Origin: Caldithrix sp.
GTDB taxonomy: Bacteria > Zhuqueibacterota > Zhuqueibacteria > Oceanimicrobiales > Oceanimicrobiaceae
Assembly: GCA_004356825.1 (NCBI GenBank)
Contig: SMXC01000092.1
Coordinates: 1-55,062 of the forward strand
Direction: 5' to 3'
DNA: 55,062 bases
Shown here one piece after another: positions 28,170 to 37,772 of the stretch. Below the pieces are notes generated by a model. The model was not told the DNA's origin, made no database searches, and saw only the letters and a list, made by a program, of their open reading frames with translations. The position numbers and the translations under genes are program-made. Each line of letters begins with the position of its first letter. The stretch's first letter is position 1.

Positions 28170-30267
28170 AGCTCAATAGTCCTATGCTGCCCATCGTGTT
28201 AACAACAATATTCGGTAATAATTCGGAAATGGATAAAACGTGCAATTCCGGAATCACCGGCTCGAAAAATTTCTTGACAAACCGTCTTACGATTGGCCCG
28301 GTTATGAGAAGCGGTTTACTACCCGAGAGAAGTAGTTCCTGTTTTTTGTCATTGGCCTGTTGATAGAGTTCATTCATGGAATCGGGTGAAAGGCCAAGGT
28401 TGGCTCCGGGTTGCTTGCCTCCCGCAGTTTGCTTCAAAAGAAATTCTTCCAGCCGGGCGTCTAAAGTCATGGCGTGAATTTCACTTTGCTCGTTCTTATA
28501 TAAATTCGTGATAGACTCGGAAATCGCAACTCGCACGTACTCGGTTAACAGCTCAGGGTCCTTTGTCAACGGGACGCGATCGGCTAGTTCTTCCAGTATC
28601 GTGGATAAGTCCCTGATTGGAATATTCTCTTTAAGCAAGTTCCGCAAAACATTTTGAATCGTTCCCACGGTCACAAGATTTGGCACCAGCTCTTCGACCA
28701 CGGCTGAATGTTCTTCCTTGAACTTATCGAGAAGATTTTGGACGGCCTGGCGGTCGAGAATCTTATAAGCATTCCGCTTTATGACTTCCATTAAATGAGT
28801 GGAGACAACGGCGGATGCATCGACCACTGCGTAACCTTTTAATTCCGCCTTCTCTTTTTGTTCTTGATTGAGCCAATATGCCGGCATTTTGTAGGTCGGG
28901 TCAAGGGTCTTAATACCTTCCAAAGCTTCGTCTTCGCCATCAGGTGTCAAAGCCAGATAGTATCCGGTCATCACTTCGCCGGATGCGATCTCGTTGCCTT
29001 TGATTTTGATGACATATTCGCTGGCCTGCAGCTGAACGTTGTCCCGGATGCGAATCGCCGGAACGACGATGCCAAGCTCCTGAGCAATCTGTTTGCGGAT
29101 CATAGTTATGCTGTCGAGCAAATCACCGCCCTGATTCACGTCGATCATCGGAATCAGACTGTAACCGATTTCAATTTCGAGTGGATCGACGTGAAGATAG
29201 CTTTCGATAACTTCCTTTTGCGAAGGTTCGGGCGGCGGCTCTTCTTCCACACTTTCTTCTTTGGATGTTTCGGAAATAATACTTTCGGAAACGTAGCCAA
29301 TGCCCGCGATTACTCCTCCCAAAATCAAAAAGGGCAGGGCTGGCAGTCCCGGGATTATCCCCATTGTAATCAACACACCGCCGGTGAGGTAACTTGCTCG
29401 TGGTTTTGAAAAAAGTTGACTGGACAAAGTTTTGGCCAGATTCTCCTCTGAGGTTGACCTTGTAACGATCATGCCCGCGGAAGTCGAGATCAGCAAAGCG
29501 GGAATCTGTGAAACAAGGCCGTCGCCAACCGTCAGAATCGTGTAAGTTGTAAGCGCCTCTGTGGCACTCATGTTTAATTGCACCATACCGATAATCAATC
29601 CGCCGATGATGTTGATTACTGTAATGAGTATTCCAGCCATCGCGTCGCCGCGGACGAATTTACTGGCACCATCCATGGCGCCGTAAAAATCCGCTTCCTT
29701 TCTTATCTCAGCTCTGCGCTCGCGAGCTTCTTTTTCATCGATGATGCCGGTGTTCAAATCCGCGTCAATAGCCATCTGTTTTCCGGGCATGGCGTCCAGA
29801 GTAAATCTGGCAGCGACTTCGGCAATTCTGCCGGAGCCTTTGGTGATCACCACAAAGTTGATGACAACCAAAATGATAAAAATGACCACCCCGACAACGT
29901 AATTTCCGCCAACGATGAATCCTCCGAATGCCGCGATGACTTCACCGGCGTATCCTTCTCCTAAAATTAAGCGGGTGGAGGCTACGTTCAGAGAAAGGCG
30001 AAATAGGGTGACCAATAAAAGAACGCCCGGAAAGACCGAAAACTCGAGGGGCTTGATTGCATACATGGGCACCAAAAGAATCATCAACGAGGCAGCGATG
30101 TTAACCGCCAGAAGAAAATCCAGCATAAAGCTGGGTAGCGGGATAATCATAAACATGATAATCGCCACCACCGCAATCGCCAGCATGATATCGGTCCGGT
30201 CTTGAACTGACTTAATTAATGATGAAAATCGAGGTTGTGGTTTTTCTTCAGACAATAAAGTCTCCAA
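28162..30267 (-). CDS. flhA: Export gate protein FlhA
   Basis: RIAEVAARFTLDAMPGKQMAIDADL, FYGAMDGASKF. Confidence 0.99.
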   Translation of the reverse strand: METLLSEEKPQPRFSSLIKSVQDRTDIMLAIAVVAIIMFMIIPLPSFMLDFLLAVNIAASLMILLVPMYAIKPLEFSVFPGVLLLVTLFRLSLNVASTRLILGEGYAGEVIAAFGGFIVGGNYVVGVVIFIILVVINFVVITKGSGRIAEVAARFTLDAMPGKQMAIDADLNTGIIDEKEARERRAEIRKEADFYGAMDGASKFVRGDAMAGILITVINIIGGLIIGMVQLNMSATEALTTYTILTVGDGLVSQIPALLISTSAGMIVTRSTSEENLAKTLSSQLFSKPRASYLTGGVLITMGIIPGLPALPFLILGGVIAGIGYVSESIISETSKEESVEEEPPPEPSQKEVIESYLHVDPLEIEIGYSLIPMIDVNQGGDLLDSITMIRKQIAQELGIVVPAIRIRDNVQLQASEYVIKIKGNEIASGEVMTGYYLALTPDGEDEALEGIKTLDPTYKMPAYWLNQEQKEKAELKGYAVVDASAVVSTHLMEVIKRNAYKILDRQAVQNLLDKFKEEHSAVVEELVPNLVTVGTIQNVLRNLLKENIPIRDLSTILEELADRVPLTKDPELLTEYVRVAISESITNLYKNEQSEIHAMTLDARLEEFLLKQTAGGKQPGANLGLSPDSMNELYQQANDKKQELLLSGSKPLLITGPIVRRFVKKFFEPVIPELHVLSISELLPNIVVNTMGSIGLLSYD

Positions 30268-30391
30268 ACATTTACATTATTTCGTTATTGACGTAAGTTC
30301 AGAGATACAGTCTCAGCATGATATTGATCTCCGTCGAAAACGAAAAACGAGAAGCGATTCAGGTATTCCTCGCTTCTCTCTATCGAATTTC

Positions 30392-31456
30392 TCAATTCTT
30401 ATTTTTCATTTGAAAAACATAAGCAAATATTTCCGCAACGGCCTGAAAAAGCTCATAAGGGATTTCCTTACCGACTTCACCAATTTTATAAAGCGATTGC
30501 GCCAAAGGTTTGTTTTCCACAATTTGAATGTCGTGTTTCTGAGCAACCTCCTTGATTCTTTTAGCCAGGTGGCGGGTTCCCTTAGCCAAAATCATCGGCG
30601 CTGTCATCTCTTCTATATTGTATTTAAGCGCCACGGCTAATTCCGTCGGGTTGGTGATGACAACATCTGCTTCGGCCACGGCCGTCATCATTCGCTCGCG
30701 GGATCTGCTCTGCTGCAAGCTCTTAATCTGGCTCTTCACCAGCGGATCACCCTCAGCCTGCTTATGTTCTTCCTTTACTTGTTCTTTGGTCATGCGCATG
30801 TCTTTTTTGTACTGCCACCTTTGGTAAAATAAATCTAGAAGCGCGAGTACAACCAAAGCACCAACGGTCCTGATGCCTACTTGAAAAACAATCGATGCAA
30901 TAAACAAAGCGATCTCCCTGATGTCCCTATAAATCAAAGCAAGATAACTCTCTTTCTGGGATATGATTGTCCAGTAGGCGATTAGGCCGACAATTAAAAG
31001 TTTCAGTATCCCCTTTAAAAGCTCAACGAAAGATTTAGGAGAGACGAATTTCTTAAACCCGCTCAATGGGTTTAATTTTTTGAAGTTTGGCTTCAGCGGT
31101 TTCAAGGTAAACAAAAACCCAACCTGAACCAAATTCACGACAATTCCCGTCAAAGCCAATATCCCCAGCAATGGCGCTATCAATCCGAGAAATGATTTAA
31201 TGCCGAGTCTGAAATAGTAATGAATACTGCCATAAGTAATCTCCATATTTGCGATGTTACGATAGAAGATTGTAAACCCGGAGATCAGCTGCTGGAAAAT
31301 ATGGCTGCCAAGAAAAGAAAGGGTCATTAAACCAAAAAGCAGAATAAAAACGGAATTGAATTCCGCGCTTTTAGCCACATTCCCGTCTTTGCGCGCTTCC
31401 TGAAGGCGCCGCGGTGTCGCGTCCTCTGTTTTTTCTTGAAAGGATTCTTCAGCCAT
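30392..31456 (-). CDS. flhB: Substrate specificity switch FlhB
   Basis: EKTEDAT, EGDP, ADVVITNPTE (NPTH variant). Confidence 0.97.
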   Translation of the reverse strand: MAEESFQEKTEDATPRRLQEARKDGNVAKSAEFNSVFILLFGLMTLSFLGSHIFQQLISGFTIFYRNIANMEITYGSIHYYFRLGIKSFLGLIAPLLGILALTGIVVNLVQVGFLFTLKPLKPNFKKLNPLSGFKKFVSPKSFVELLKGILKLLIVGLIAYWTIISQKESYLALIYRDIREIALFIASIVFQVGIRTVGALVVLALLDLFYQRWQYKKDMRMTKEQVKEEHKQAEGDPLVKSQIKSLQQSRSRERMMTAVAEADVVITNPTELAVALKYNIEEMTAPMILAKGTRHLAKRIKEVAQKHDIQIVENKPLAQSLYKIGEVGKEIPYELFQAVAEIFAYVFQMKNKN

Positions 31457-31512
31457 TTACATGTCACTGGTTTACAGCTGCTTAAACCGTTGAAGGTTTT
31501 AAAAAGTTAATT

Positions 31513-32400
31513 TTATTCAAAAACGTCTAAAAACGCCTCTACTATTTTAGGATCAAAAACTTTGCCTTCATCACTCTCGATAAATTCAAGTGTTTGGTCA
31601 ATTGAGTTTAAGCGTCGATGCGGGCGGTCTGAAGTCCAGGCATCAAAAGAGTCAATCAAGGTAATAATTCGGGAATATTCGTGAATGTCCTTTCCCTCGA
31701 TTTTTCTGGGGTATCCTGAGCCATCGAACCTTTCATGATGTTGCACGGAAGCAACACTGCTCAAACCGTCAAAAGAGCACGGACCAATCAAATGTCTGAA
31801 ACCAATTGTGGTGTGTTCCCTTACTTTTTCCAGTTCAATTTCTTCTAATCTGGAAGTTTTATTTACAATTTCGTTATCGATGAACAACATACCAAAGTCA
31901 TGAAGCAGCGAAGCCAGCACCAGACTCAATAATTTCGCTCTTGGATATTTTAGCTTTTCGCCAATAAGAACTGAATAGGCTGCAACATTGATAGAATGTT
32001 GATACAGATAGTCTTCCTGTGTCTTCAAGTCCAGAATTTTCGGTGCTTTTTGATTCCGGTTATTGACATTCAATAAGATTGACTCGACGAGTGCAATCAG
32101 TTCATTCTTGGCATCCCAAGCCCTTTTCTTGTTGTCCGCCATCAGGTTTGCGAAAATTCTTTTCAGAACAAAAGGAGAAGTAGAAAGAAAGCGATCTGAA
32201 AGAAGATGAGAGGAAGGCTGATTCACTTCCAGGTCACTATTTAACAGGTAGATGCTTTTATATCCCTTCTTCTTAAAGTGACCTAAATAATGAGAATTGA
32301 TCTCAACGCCTTTCCGCAGCAATAAATTGCCGTTCGGGTTATAGAGATTTTTTCCCAGTTTTTGACCCAATACATCCTGGGATAATTCAACGATTTTCAT
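31513..32400 (-). CDS. HD-GYP domain protein (paralog 2)
   Basis: HSINV, LHDFG, HHERFDGSGYP, DSFDAWTSDRPHR. Confidence 0.92.
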   Translation of the reverse strand: MKIVELSQDVLGQKLGKNLYNPNGNLLLRKGVEINSHYLGHFKKKGYKSIYLLNSDLEVNQPSSHLLSDRFLSTSPFVLKRIFANLMADNKKRAWDAKNELIALVESILLNVNNRNQKAPKILDLKTQEDYLYQHSINVAAYSVLIGEKLKYPRAKLLSLVLASLLHDFGMLFIDNEIVNKTSRLEEIELEKVREHTTIGFRHLIGPCSFDGLSSVASVQHHERFDGSGYPRKIEGKDIHEYSRIITLIDSFDAWTSDRPHRRLNSIDQTLEFIESDEGKVFDPKIVEAFLDVFE

Positions 32401-32438
32401 TTTCTACCTGCTGACTTATAATCTGTATTATGTTCAAT

Positions 32439-32530
32439 CTAGTTCGAAAACCCTGCTTTGGGGACGCATTCGGACGCGAAGCTCTGCTTTGCGAAACTGA
32501 TCCATTATTAGAAGCAAACTTCGATCCTCG
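32439..32530. repeat. Degenerate REP-like element (same family as 14993)
   Basis: ccctgctttggggacg; gcgaagctctgctttgc; gaagcaaacttcg. Confidence 0.55.
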
Positions 32531-32554
32531 GGTATCGCATCTGACCAAAAGTCA

Positions 32555-33451
32555 TTACTGGTTGAAATATTTCATAAAGTTCCTCACTACATTCGGGTCG
32601 AATTCTACGCCCGAGTGTGCCATCAAATAGCCGACTGCCTCTTCGATTGAGTGCAATTGACGGTGAGGTCGATCTGAAGTATAAGCATCGTAGAAATCGC
32701 ACACTGCAATGATGCGGGAATATTCATGAACATCGTCACCGGACATACCCTTCGGATATCCTGAACCATCATAACGCTCATGATGCTGCAGCGCTACCGC
32801 CGAGACAATACCTTTCATGAAACACTTGCGGCTTAGATGCTGAAATCCCAGGTCGGTATGTTTCTTGACTTCCTCGTATTCACTCTCGTCCAGCTCACCC
32901 GGCTTATTCAGGATTTCCTGGTCGATAAACTGCATTCCAAAGTCATGCAGTAGGGCCGATAACGCCAAATCAAACAACTTCATTTGGTGGTACTGCAGGC
33001 TTTGCCCAATCAGAATGGAATAAGCCGTCACATTGATGGCATGCTGATACAAATAATCTTCCTGTCTTTTCAAGTCCAGAATGTCCGGCGGCGATTCAAG
33101 CCTGTGGTTGACTTGTCTGATCAAAGAATCCGCCAGCTCGTTGAGGTCCTTTTTCCCATCGGAGATAGTAATTTTACTCGGACTCGTTAGTTTCTGGTAG
33201 ATTTTTTTGAGCTCAATCGGGGTAGTCGAACGAGTTTTTTCAGAAATAATATGACCGTTCAAATCCATACCGGCATCAAGCTCGTCAACGATATAAATGC
33301 TTTTGTAACCAACTTGCTGAATATGGGAAAAATGAAATTCCTTTATTTCCGTGCCAGTTCGTAATAACACTCCGCCTTTAGAGTTGTATAGTCTTTGGCC
33401 CAATTTCTTGCCAATTGCGTCCTGATTTAGCGTTACAACTTGCGCACACAT
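32555..33451 (-). CDS. HD-GYP domain protein (paralog 1)
   Basis: HAINV, LHDFG, HHERYDGSGYP, DFYDAYTSDRPHR. Confidence 0.93.
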   Translation of the reverse strand: MCAQVVTLNQDAIGKKLGQRLYNSKGGVLLRTGTEIKEFHFSHIQQVGYKSIYIVDELDAGMDLNGHIISEKTRSTTPIELKKIYQKLTSPSKITISDGKKDLNELADSLIRQVNHRLESPPDILDLKRQEDYLYQHAINVTAYSILIGQSLQYHQMKLFDLALSALLHDFGMQFIDQEILNKPGELDESEYEEVKKHTDLGFQHLSRKCFMKGIVSAVALQHHERYDGSGYPKGMSGDDVHEYSRIIAVCDFYDAYTSDRPHRQLHSIEEAVGYLMAHSGVEFDPNVVRNFMKYFNQ

Positions 33452-33461
33452 TTTATTTCTC

Positions 33462-34253
33462 CTATAAATAATTTAATATTTCATTCAGATCTCGTTTCCA
33501 GCCGGTTAACACAAATTCAAAAAAGGTGTAAAAGATCGGCAAGGAAATGATAATAACAAACATTCCTACTCCTAACTTCACAGGTAGGCCTATAAAAAAA
33601 ATGTTCATCTGGGGTACAATTCTCGCCATGATTGCCATACTGATCTCAACTAACAGTATCGTCACCATCGCGGGGGCGGCTAATTTAACCCCTATTTTAA
33701 ATATATCGTTAAACATCGTCAGCATCTTTACTTTTGCAGCGCTTTTCAACCACTGATGATTTGTCAAGGGTGCAATTTCAAAGCTTTTGTAAAGCGCTGA
33801 AATAATTAAATGATGACCATTTAGATTCAAAAACAAAACGATCGCCACCAACGAAAATAAATTACCTATCGCCGAAACCTGGGATCCGCTCTCCGGGTCG
33901 ATTAGCTCGGCAATTCCCAGCCCCATTTGATTGCTGATAATTCTGCCGCCAAATTGAAACGCCTCAAAAATCAATTTGGCGCTAAACCCCAAAAACAAAC
34001 CGACTAAAATTTCTTTCACCGCCATTGGCAGTAATAGAGGCAAAGTCAACTCTGACAAATCCTGTTCGGTTCTCAAGGCCGGCAAAATGGCGATGGTTAA
34101 GAATAAAGTTAAAAACGCCTTAACCCGAGCCGGCACGCTCTGGCTGCCAAATATCGGTGCCGTCGACATAAGGGCAGATATTCGCAAAAAGGCCAGCAAA
34201 AAGCCCATGAACTGCTGTTCCGATAGCCCTAATATGTCATTAAAAAAATCCAA
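33462..34253 (-). CDS. fliR: Export gate protein FliR
   Basis: APIFG, KEILVG, QMGLG, LNGHH, RIVPQMNIF; likely TTG start 34253 after AGAGGA. Confidence 0.96.
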   Translation of the reverse strand: MDFFNDILGLSEQQFMGFLLAFLRISALMSTAPIFGSQSVPARVKAFLTLFLTIAILPALRTEQDLSELTLPLLLPMAVKEILVGLFLGFSAKLIFEAFQFGGRIISNQMGLGIAELIDPESGSQVSAIGNLFSLVAIVLFLNLNGHHLIISALYKSFEIAPLTNHQWLKSAAKVKMLTMFNDIFKIGVKLAAPAMVTILLVEISMAIMARIVPQMNIFFIGLPVKLGVGMFVIIISLPIFYTFFEFVLTGWKRDLNEILNYL

Positions 34254-34389
34254 TAATCCTCTTTTGTCATTCGAGCGAGTCCTCCGACTAGCACTCAGCA
34301 TAAACTCCAATACGTTGAGGGGTCTGGTTTAGTAAAAATCAGACCCCCCTTCCCGAAGCGCCGGGTCGAAATGACATTAAAAAACAATG

Positions 34390-34659
34390 TCACTTCGAAA
34401 TTATAGCCATTTGATGATAAAGGCTGGTAGCGAAATCTGTTAAAGTCATCAACATCCATGGCATTGTAAACAATATCACCAAAATAATCACGGCCATTTT
34501 TGGAATAAAGGTCAGGGTCATCTCCTGAATCTGGGTAACTGATTGAAAAATTCCAACCGTCAAACCGACAAACATACCGGCAAATAAAATAGGCGAAGTC
34601 ACCAGTATGGCTGTTTTAATTGTCTGTTGCCCCCAAAATAATACAAACTCAGTCGTCAT
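34390..34659 (-). CDS. fliQ: Export gate protein FliQ
   Basis: GIFQSVTQIQEMTLTFIPK, MPWM. Confidence 0.97.
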   Translation of the reverse strand: MTTEFVLFWGQQTIKTAILVTSPILFAGMFVGLTVGIFQSVTQIQEMTLTFIPKMAVIILVILFTMPWMLMTLTDFATSLYHQMAIISK

Positions 34660-34672
34660 GTTTCTTTCTCCA

Positions 34673-35443
34673 TTAAAAAAGCTGATAACCTGAGACAATT
34701 GATTCCACCACCAGATACCAGCCATCGACAAGAACAAATAAAAGAATTTTAAACGGCATTGAAATCATTACTGGCGGCAGCATCATCATTCCCATTGACA
34801 TCAGGACCACTCCCACTATCAGGTCGATTAGCAGCAGCGGTAAGTATACTACGAATCCTAACTGAAACGCAATTCGCAGCTCACTTATGATAAAAGCCGG
34901 TATCAAAATGTAAGTAGGCAGATCGCTGGATGATTTCGGTTTTTCTATTTTTGCCAAGTTTACAAACAGCATGAGATCTTTTTCTCTAATCTGTTTGAGC
35001 ATGAATTTCCTTAACGGTTGAATGCCGTTTTCCAAAGCTTTTTCGTGGGTAATTTTATCCGCGAGAAACGGCTGTACGCTGGTTTTATTTATCTCAGCGA
35101 AAACCGGCTGCATAATAAAGTATGTTAAAAATAAAGATAACCCTATGACAATCTGGTTTGCCGGAGTCTGCTGGGTTCCCAAAGCCTGCCGCAGGAAATG
35201 GAAAACGATGACCAGCCGGGTAAACGGGGTCGTCATAATCAAAATCGCCGGCGCCAGAGACAGAATCGTAATCAGAAAAAGAATCTGAATCGCGAGCGAG
35301 TAATTCTTCTTTTCTCCCGTGTCTGGGAATTCCACAGTGATTTTGGGCAAACCCTGTGCAAGCAACGGTCCCGCCAACATAAAGCAGAACATCAACAGGA
35401 TTGCTAAAGTAACAAATTTTTTCCAGCCGGGTGCTTTTCTCAT
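34673..35443 (-). CDS. fliP: Export gate protein FliP
   Basis: LSLAPAILIMTT, ALGTQQTP, MGMMMLPP, FVLVDGW. Confidence 0.98.
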   Translation of the reverse strand: MRKAPGWKKFVTLAILLMFCFMLAGPLLAQGLPKITVEFPDTGEKKNYSLAIQILFLITILSLAPAILIMTTPFTRLVIVFHFLRQALGTQQTPANQIVIGLSLFLTYFIMQPVFAEINKTSVQPFLADKITHEKALENGIQPLRKFMLKQIREKDLMLFVNLAKIEKPKSSSDLPTYILIPAFIISELRIAFQLGFVVYLPLLLIDLIVGVVLMSMGMMMLPPVMISMPFKILLFVLVDGWYLVVESIVSGYQLF

Positions 35444-35448
35444 TCCGT

Positions 35449-35964
35449 TTATTTCTTTAAAAAGCTGTTCACCAACTTCCTGAAATTGGCATCAGGATTC
35501 CTTTTCTTTGTCACCAAAGAATTCTTCGTCTCCTCATTCAATTCAGTTGCAGGAATCTGTAGTAAAACAGAAATTTGACCATCTGTAACTCCCAGCAGCA
35601 ACAGGTGGTCGAGCGCATCGACCAGGCAGAGTGATTTTTTAGGGCCGATGACGCTTGAGCTCAAAATTTTGATCGGAGCAGAGTGCCGGCCACCCATGCC
35701 GTTGCCGGAAGCCAACGTTTTATAAGCTCTCAACCCAAAATAGAGAATCAGGCCGATGACAATTATGAACCCGAACATTTTAAAAAACAGGATTATCGGA
35801 TTAATGTCTATATTAAATTCAGGCTCTTGAGCCGGGTCAGGGGGTGATTGCTCATTTTGTTCAATAGATTTTTCTTGTGGGACGCCTGCGTTGACTAAAC
35901 TAAGGTCGGTGAGTGAACAGACCAGAACTATGAAGAGGAAAAGAATTAATCTTCCATGATGCAT
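35449..35964 (-). CDS. fliO: FliO/FliZ protein
   Basis: TM then IKILSSSVIGPKKSLCLV..LLLGVTDGQISVL; position before fliP. Confidence 0.88.
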   Translation of the reverse strand: MHHGRLILFLFIVLVCSLTDLSLVNAGVPQEKSIEQNEQSPPDPAQEPEFNIDINPIILFFKMFGFIIVIGLILYFGLRAYKTLASGNGMGGRHSAPIKILSSSVIGPKKSLCLVDALDHLLLLGVTDGQISVLLQIPATELNEETKNSLVTKKRNPDANFRKLVNSFLKK

Positions 35965-35973
35965 AACTTATCC

Positions 35974-36504
35974 CTATTTTTTTTCCCTCGAAGAACTTAG
36001 TAGTTTGGTCACACGAACGCCAAAATGTTCGTCCACAACAACCACTTCGCCTTCGGCGATTTTGCTCCGATTCACGTAGATGTCGACGGGCTCATCCGCC
36101 ATTTTATTCAATTCGACAACCGACCCCCGGCCCAACTGCAAAATATCACCAAAATTCATATCTCTGCGTCCGAGTTCAACCGTAATCTGCAAGTTAACGT
36201 CCATCAACAAATCTAAATTCTTGTGGGCGGTTTCAGGACTACTTGCAGCCGCTTTTTTTTTAACGGCTTCTTCCTGCTCAACCATTGCCAGCATGGCTTC
36301 CTCAGCAGCTATTTCTTCAGGAGTCTTCTCAGGCCTTTCCCTATCGGCATCGGTCTGAGCTGCTTCCTCTTCTGCCATAGCCATCATGGCTTCCTCCGCC
36401 GCTGCTTCCTCGGGGCTCTTCTCTACCGCCTCGGCCTCTGGCTCAGTACTCGGTTCTTCGTTTTCCTGAGGTTCGGTTACCTCTTCTTTAGCTTCATCTG
36501 CCAT
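35974..36504 (-). CDS. fliN: C-ring protein FliN with acidic repeated N-terminal extension
   Basis: SPOA domain [18 protein letters not shown]...[16 protein letters not shown]. Confidence 0.95.
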   Translation of the reverse strand: MADEAKEEVTEPQENEEPSTEPEAEAVEKSPEEAAAEEAMMAMAEEEAAQTDADRERPEKTPEEIAAEEAMLAMVEQEEAVKKKAAASSPETAHKNLDLLMDVNLQITVELGRRDMNFGDILQLGRGSVVELNKMADEPVDIYVNRSKIAEGEVVVVDEHFGVRVTKLLSSSREKK

Positions 36505-36535
36505 AATCAGTCAGTCTATAGGGGTCGTTTAATAT

Positions 36536-37039
36536 TTACTGCATGATATATTTTTTAAAGTAAACTTTACTGAACGTTCCTTCTTTCATTCGACTGTTTA
36601 CTAGTTTTAGGATTTCTTTTTTCAAGAGGCTTCTTTTTGATAAATTCAATAACTCCGCATCAGTCTTATTGGTCAATAATGTATTTATTGCATCACGAAA
36701 CCAGATTTCCTTACTTTCTGCTTCGGCAATCACTTTCTCCTCTTTGGCTTCCAGGCCAATTTCCATCACCAAATATCTTTTTCCGGAAGTACTGGAAGGG
36801 TTAACTACAATATCATTAAGTTCAAAAAAGTAACCCACTTCCAAATGATTCGTTTTTTGGGCATTTTTCTCCTTATTGGGATGCTCTAACAAAACGTTGA
36901 ATACCAGGAAATAAGCACCGACAGCCTGTACAATGAGAATGACCGGGATCAGGATGAACTTTAATAAGCCTCCTTTCCCTTTCTTATCATCGGACTTTTC
37001 TCCTGATTCTTGATTTTTTTCGGTATCTTTATTAGCCAT
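36536..37039 (-). CDS. fliL: Stator-associated protein FliL
   Basis: Single TM, DIVVNP, RYL, RDAI, KVYFKKYIMQ. Confidence 0.92.
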   Translation of the reverse strand: MANKDTEKNQESGEKSDDKKGKGGLLKFILIPVILIVQAVGAYFLVFNVLLEHPNKEKNAQKTNHLEVGYFFELNDIVVNPSSTSGKRYLVMEIGLEAKEEKVIAEAESKEIWFRDAINTLLTNKTDAELLNLSKRSLLKKEILKLVNSRMKEGTFSKVYFKKYIMQ

Positions 37040-37060
37040 AATTCTATATCTTTCAATAGG

Positions 37061-37771
37061 TTAATATTTAACGTTTAACAACACTCTTCGATTCTTGGCG
37101 CGATTGCTCGGCGAATCATTAGCGGCAATAGGTTTATGTTCGCCGTAACCGGCAATGATAAGTTTAGCAGGATGAATATTTTCATGGTTCACAAAATGCC
37201 TGACCACATTTAAAGCCCTTTGAATGGATAGCTCCCAATTTGATTGATATTCCTTCGTTTGGATAGGAATGTTGTCCGTATGTCCCTCGACTCTTATTTG
37301 CTTCGCGTCTGCAAGGAAAGTCTTGGCAATTAGAGATAACAAGTTGAAATAGGTCGGCTTGAGCTCCGCCTTGCCGGATTGAAACATCATGTCGTCTTTC
37401 ATCTGAATATAGACTTCGCCCCCTTCTTCTTCGATGCTGATTTTGTCTTCTAATCCTTCCTTCTTAATTTGCTCGCGCATCTTTTCAATGTGATCCAAAA
37501 TACTGTTTTCTTTAATTTGATCGGTATTTTGGGTATTGGGTGAAAACCAGCTTTGATCGGGTAGAAGTTTTTTTTGCACTCCCAGGGTCCCCAGGGCGCC
37601 TTGCAGGGAACCCATCGCCATTTTAAATTTATCCAATTCTATTGAGGAAAAAGACAGAATGAGAATGAAAAAACACATCAACAAGGTCATCATATCGGCG
37701 AAAGTTGCCATCCATGCCGGCGACGACGGTGCATCATCTTCCTCTTCCGGCTTTTTCTTTTCGTCACTCAT
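37061..37771 (-). CDS. motB: Stator B subunit (PomB/MotS-like)
   Basis: WMATFADMMTLLMCFFILILSFS; OmpA-like VEGHTD, SNWELS, NRRV. Confidence 0.96.
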   Translation of the reverse strand: MSDEKKKPEEEDDAPSSPAWMATFADMMTLLMCFFILILSFSSIELDKFKMAMGSLQGALGTLGVQKKLLPDQSWFSPNTQNTDQIKENSILDHIEKMREQIKKEGLEDKISIEEEGGEVYIQMKDDMMFQSGKAELKPTYFNLLSLIAKTFLADAKQIRVEGHTDNIPIQTKEYQSNWELSIQRALNVVRHFVNHENIHPAKLIIAGYGEHKPIAANDSPSNRAKNRRVLLNVKY

Positions 37772-37772
37772 T

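Noticed and set aside
14993-32530. CRISPR array or Cas-related repeats
   Set aside because: Repeats are dispersed, degenerate and palindromic, with no regular repeat-spacer period and no cas genes
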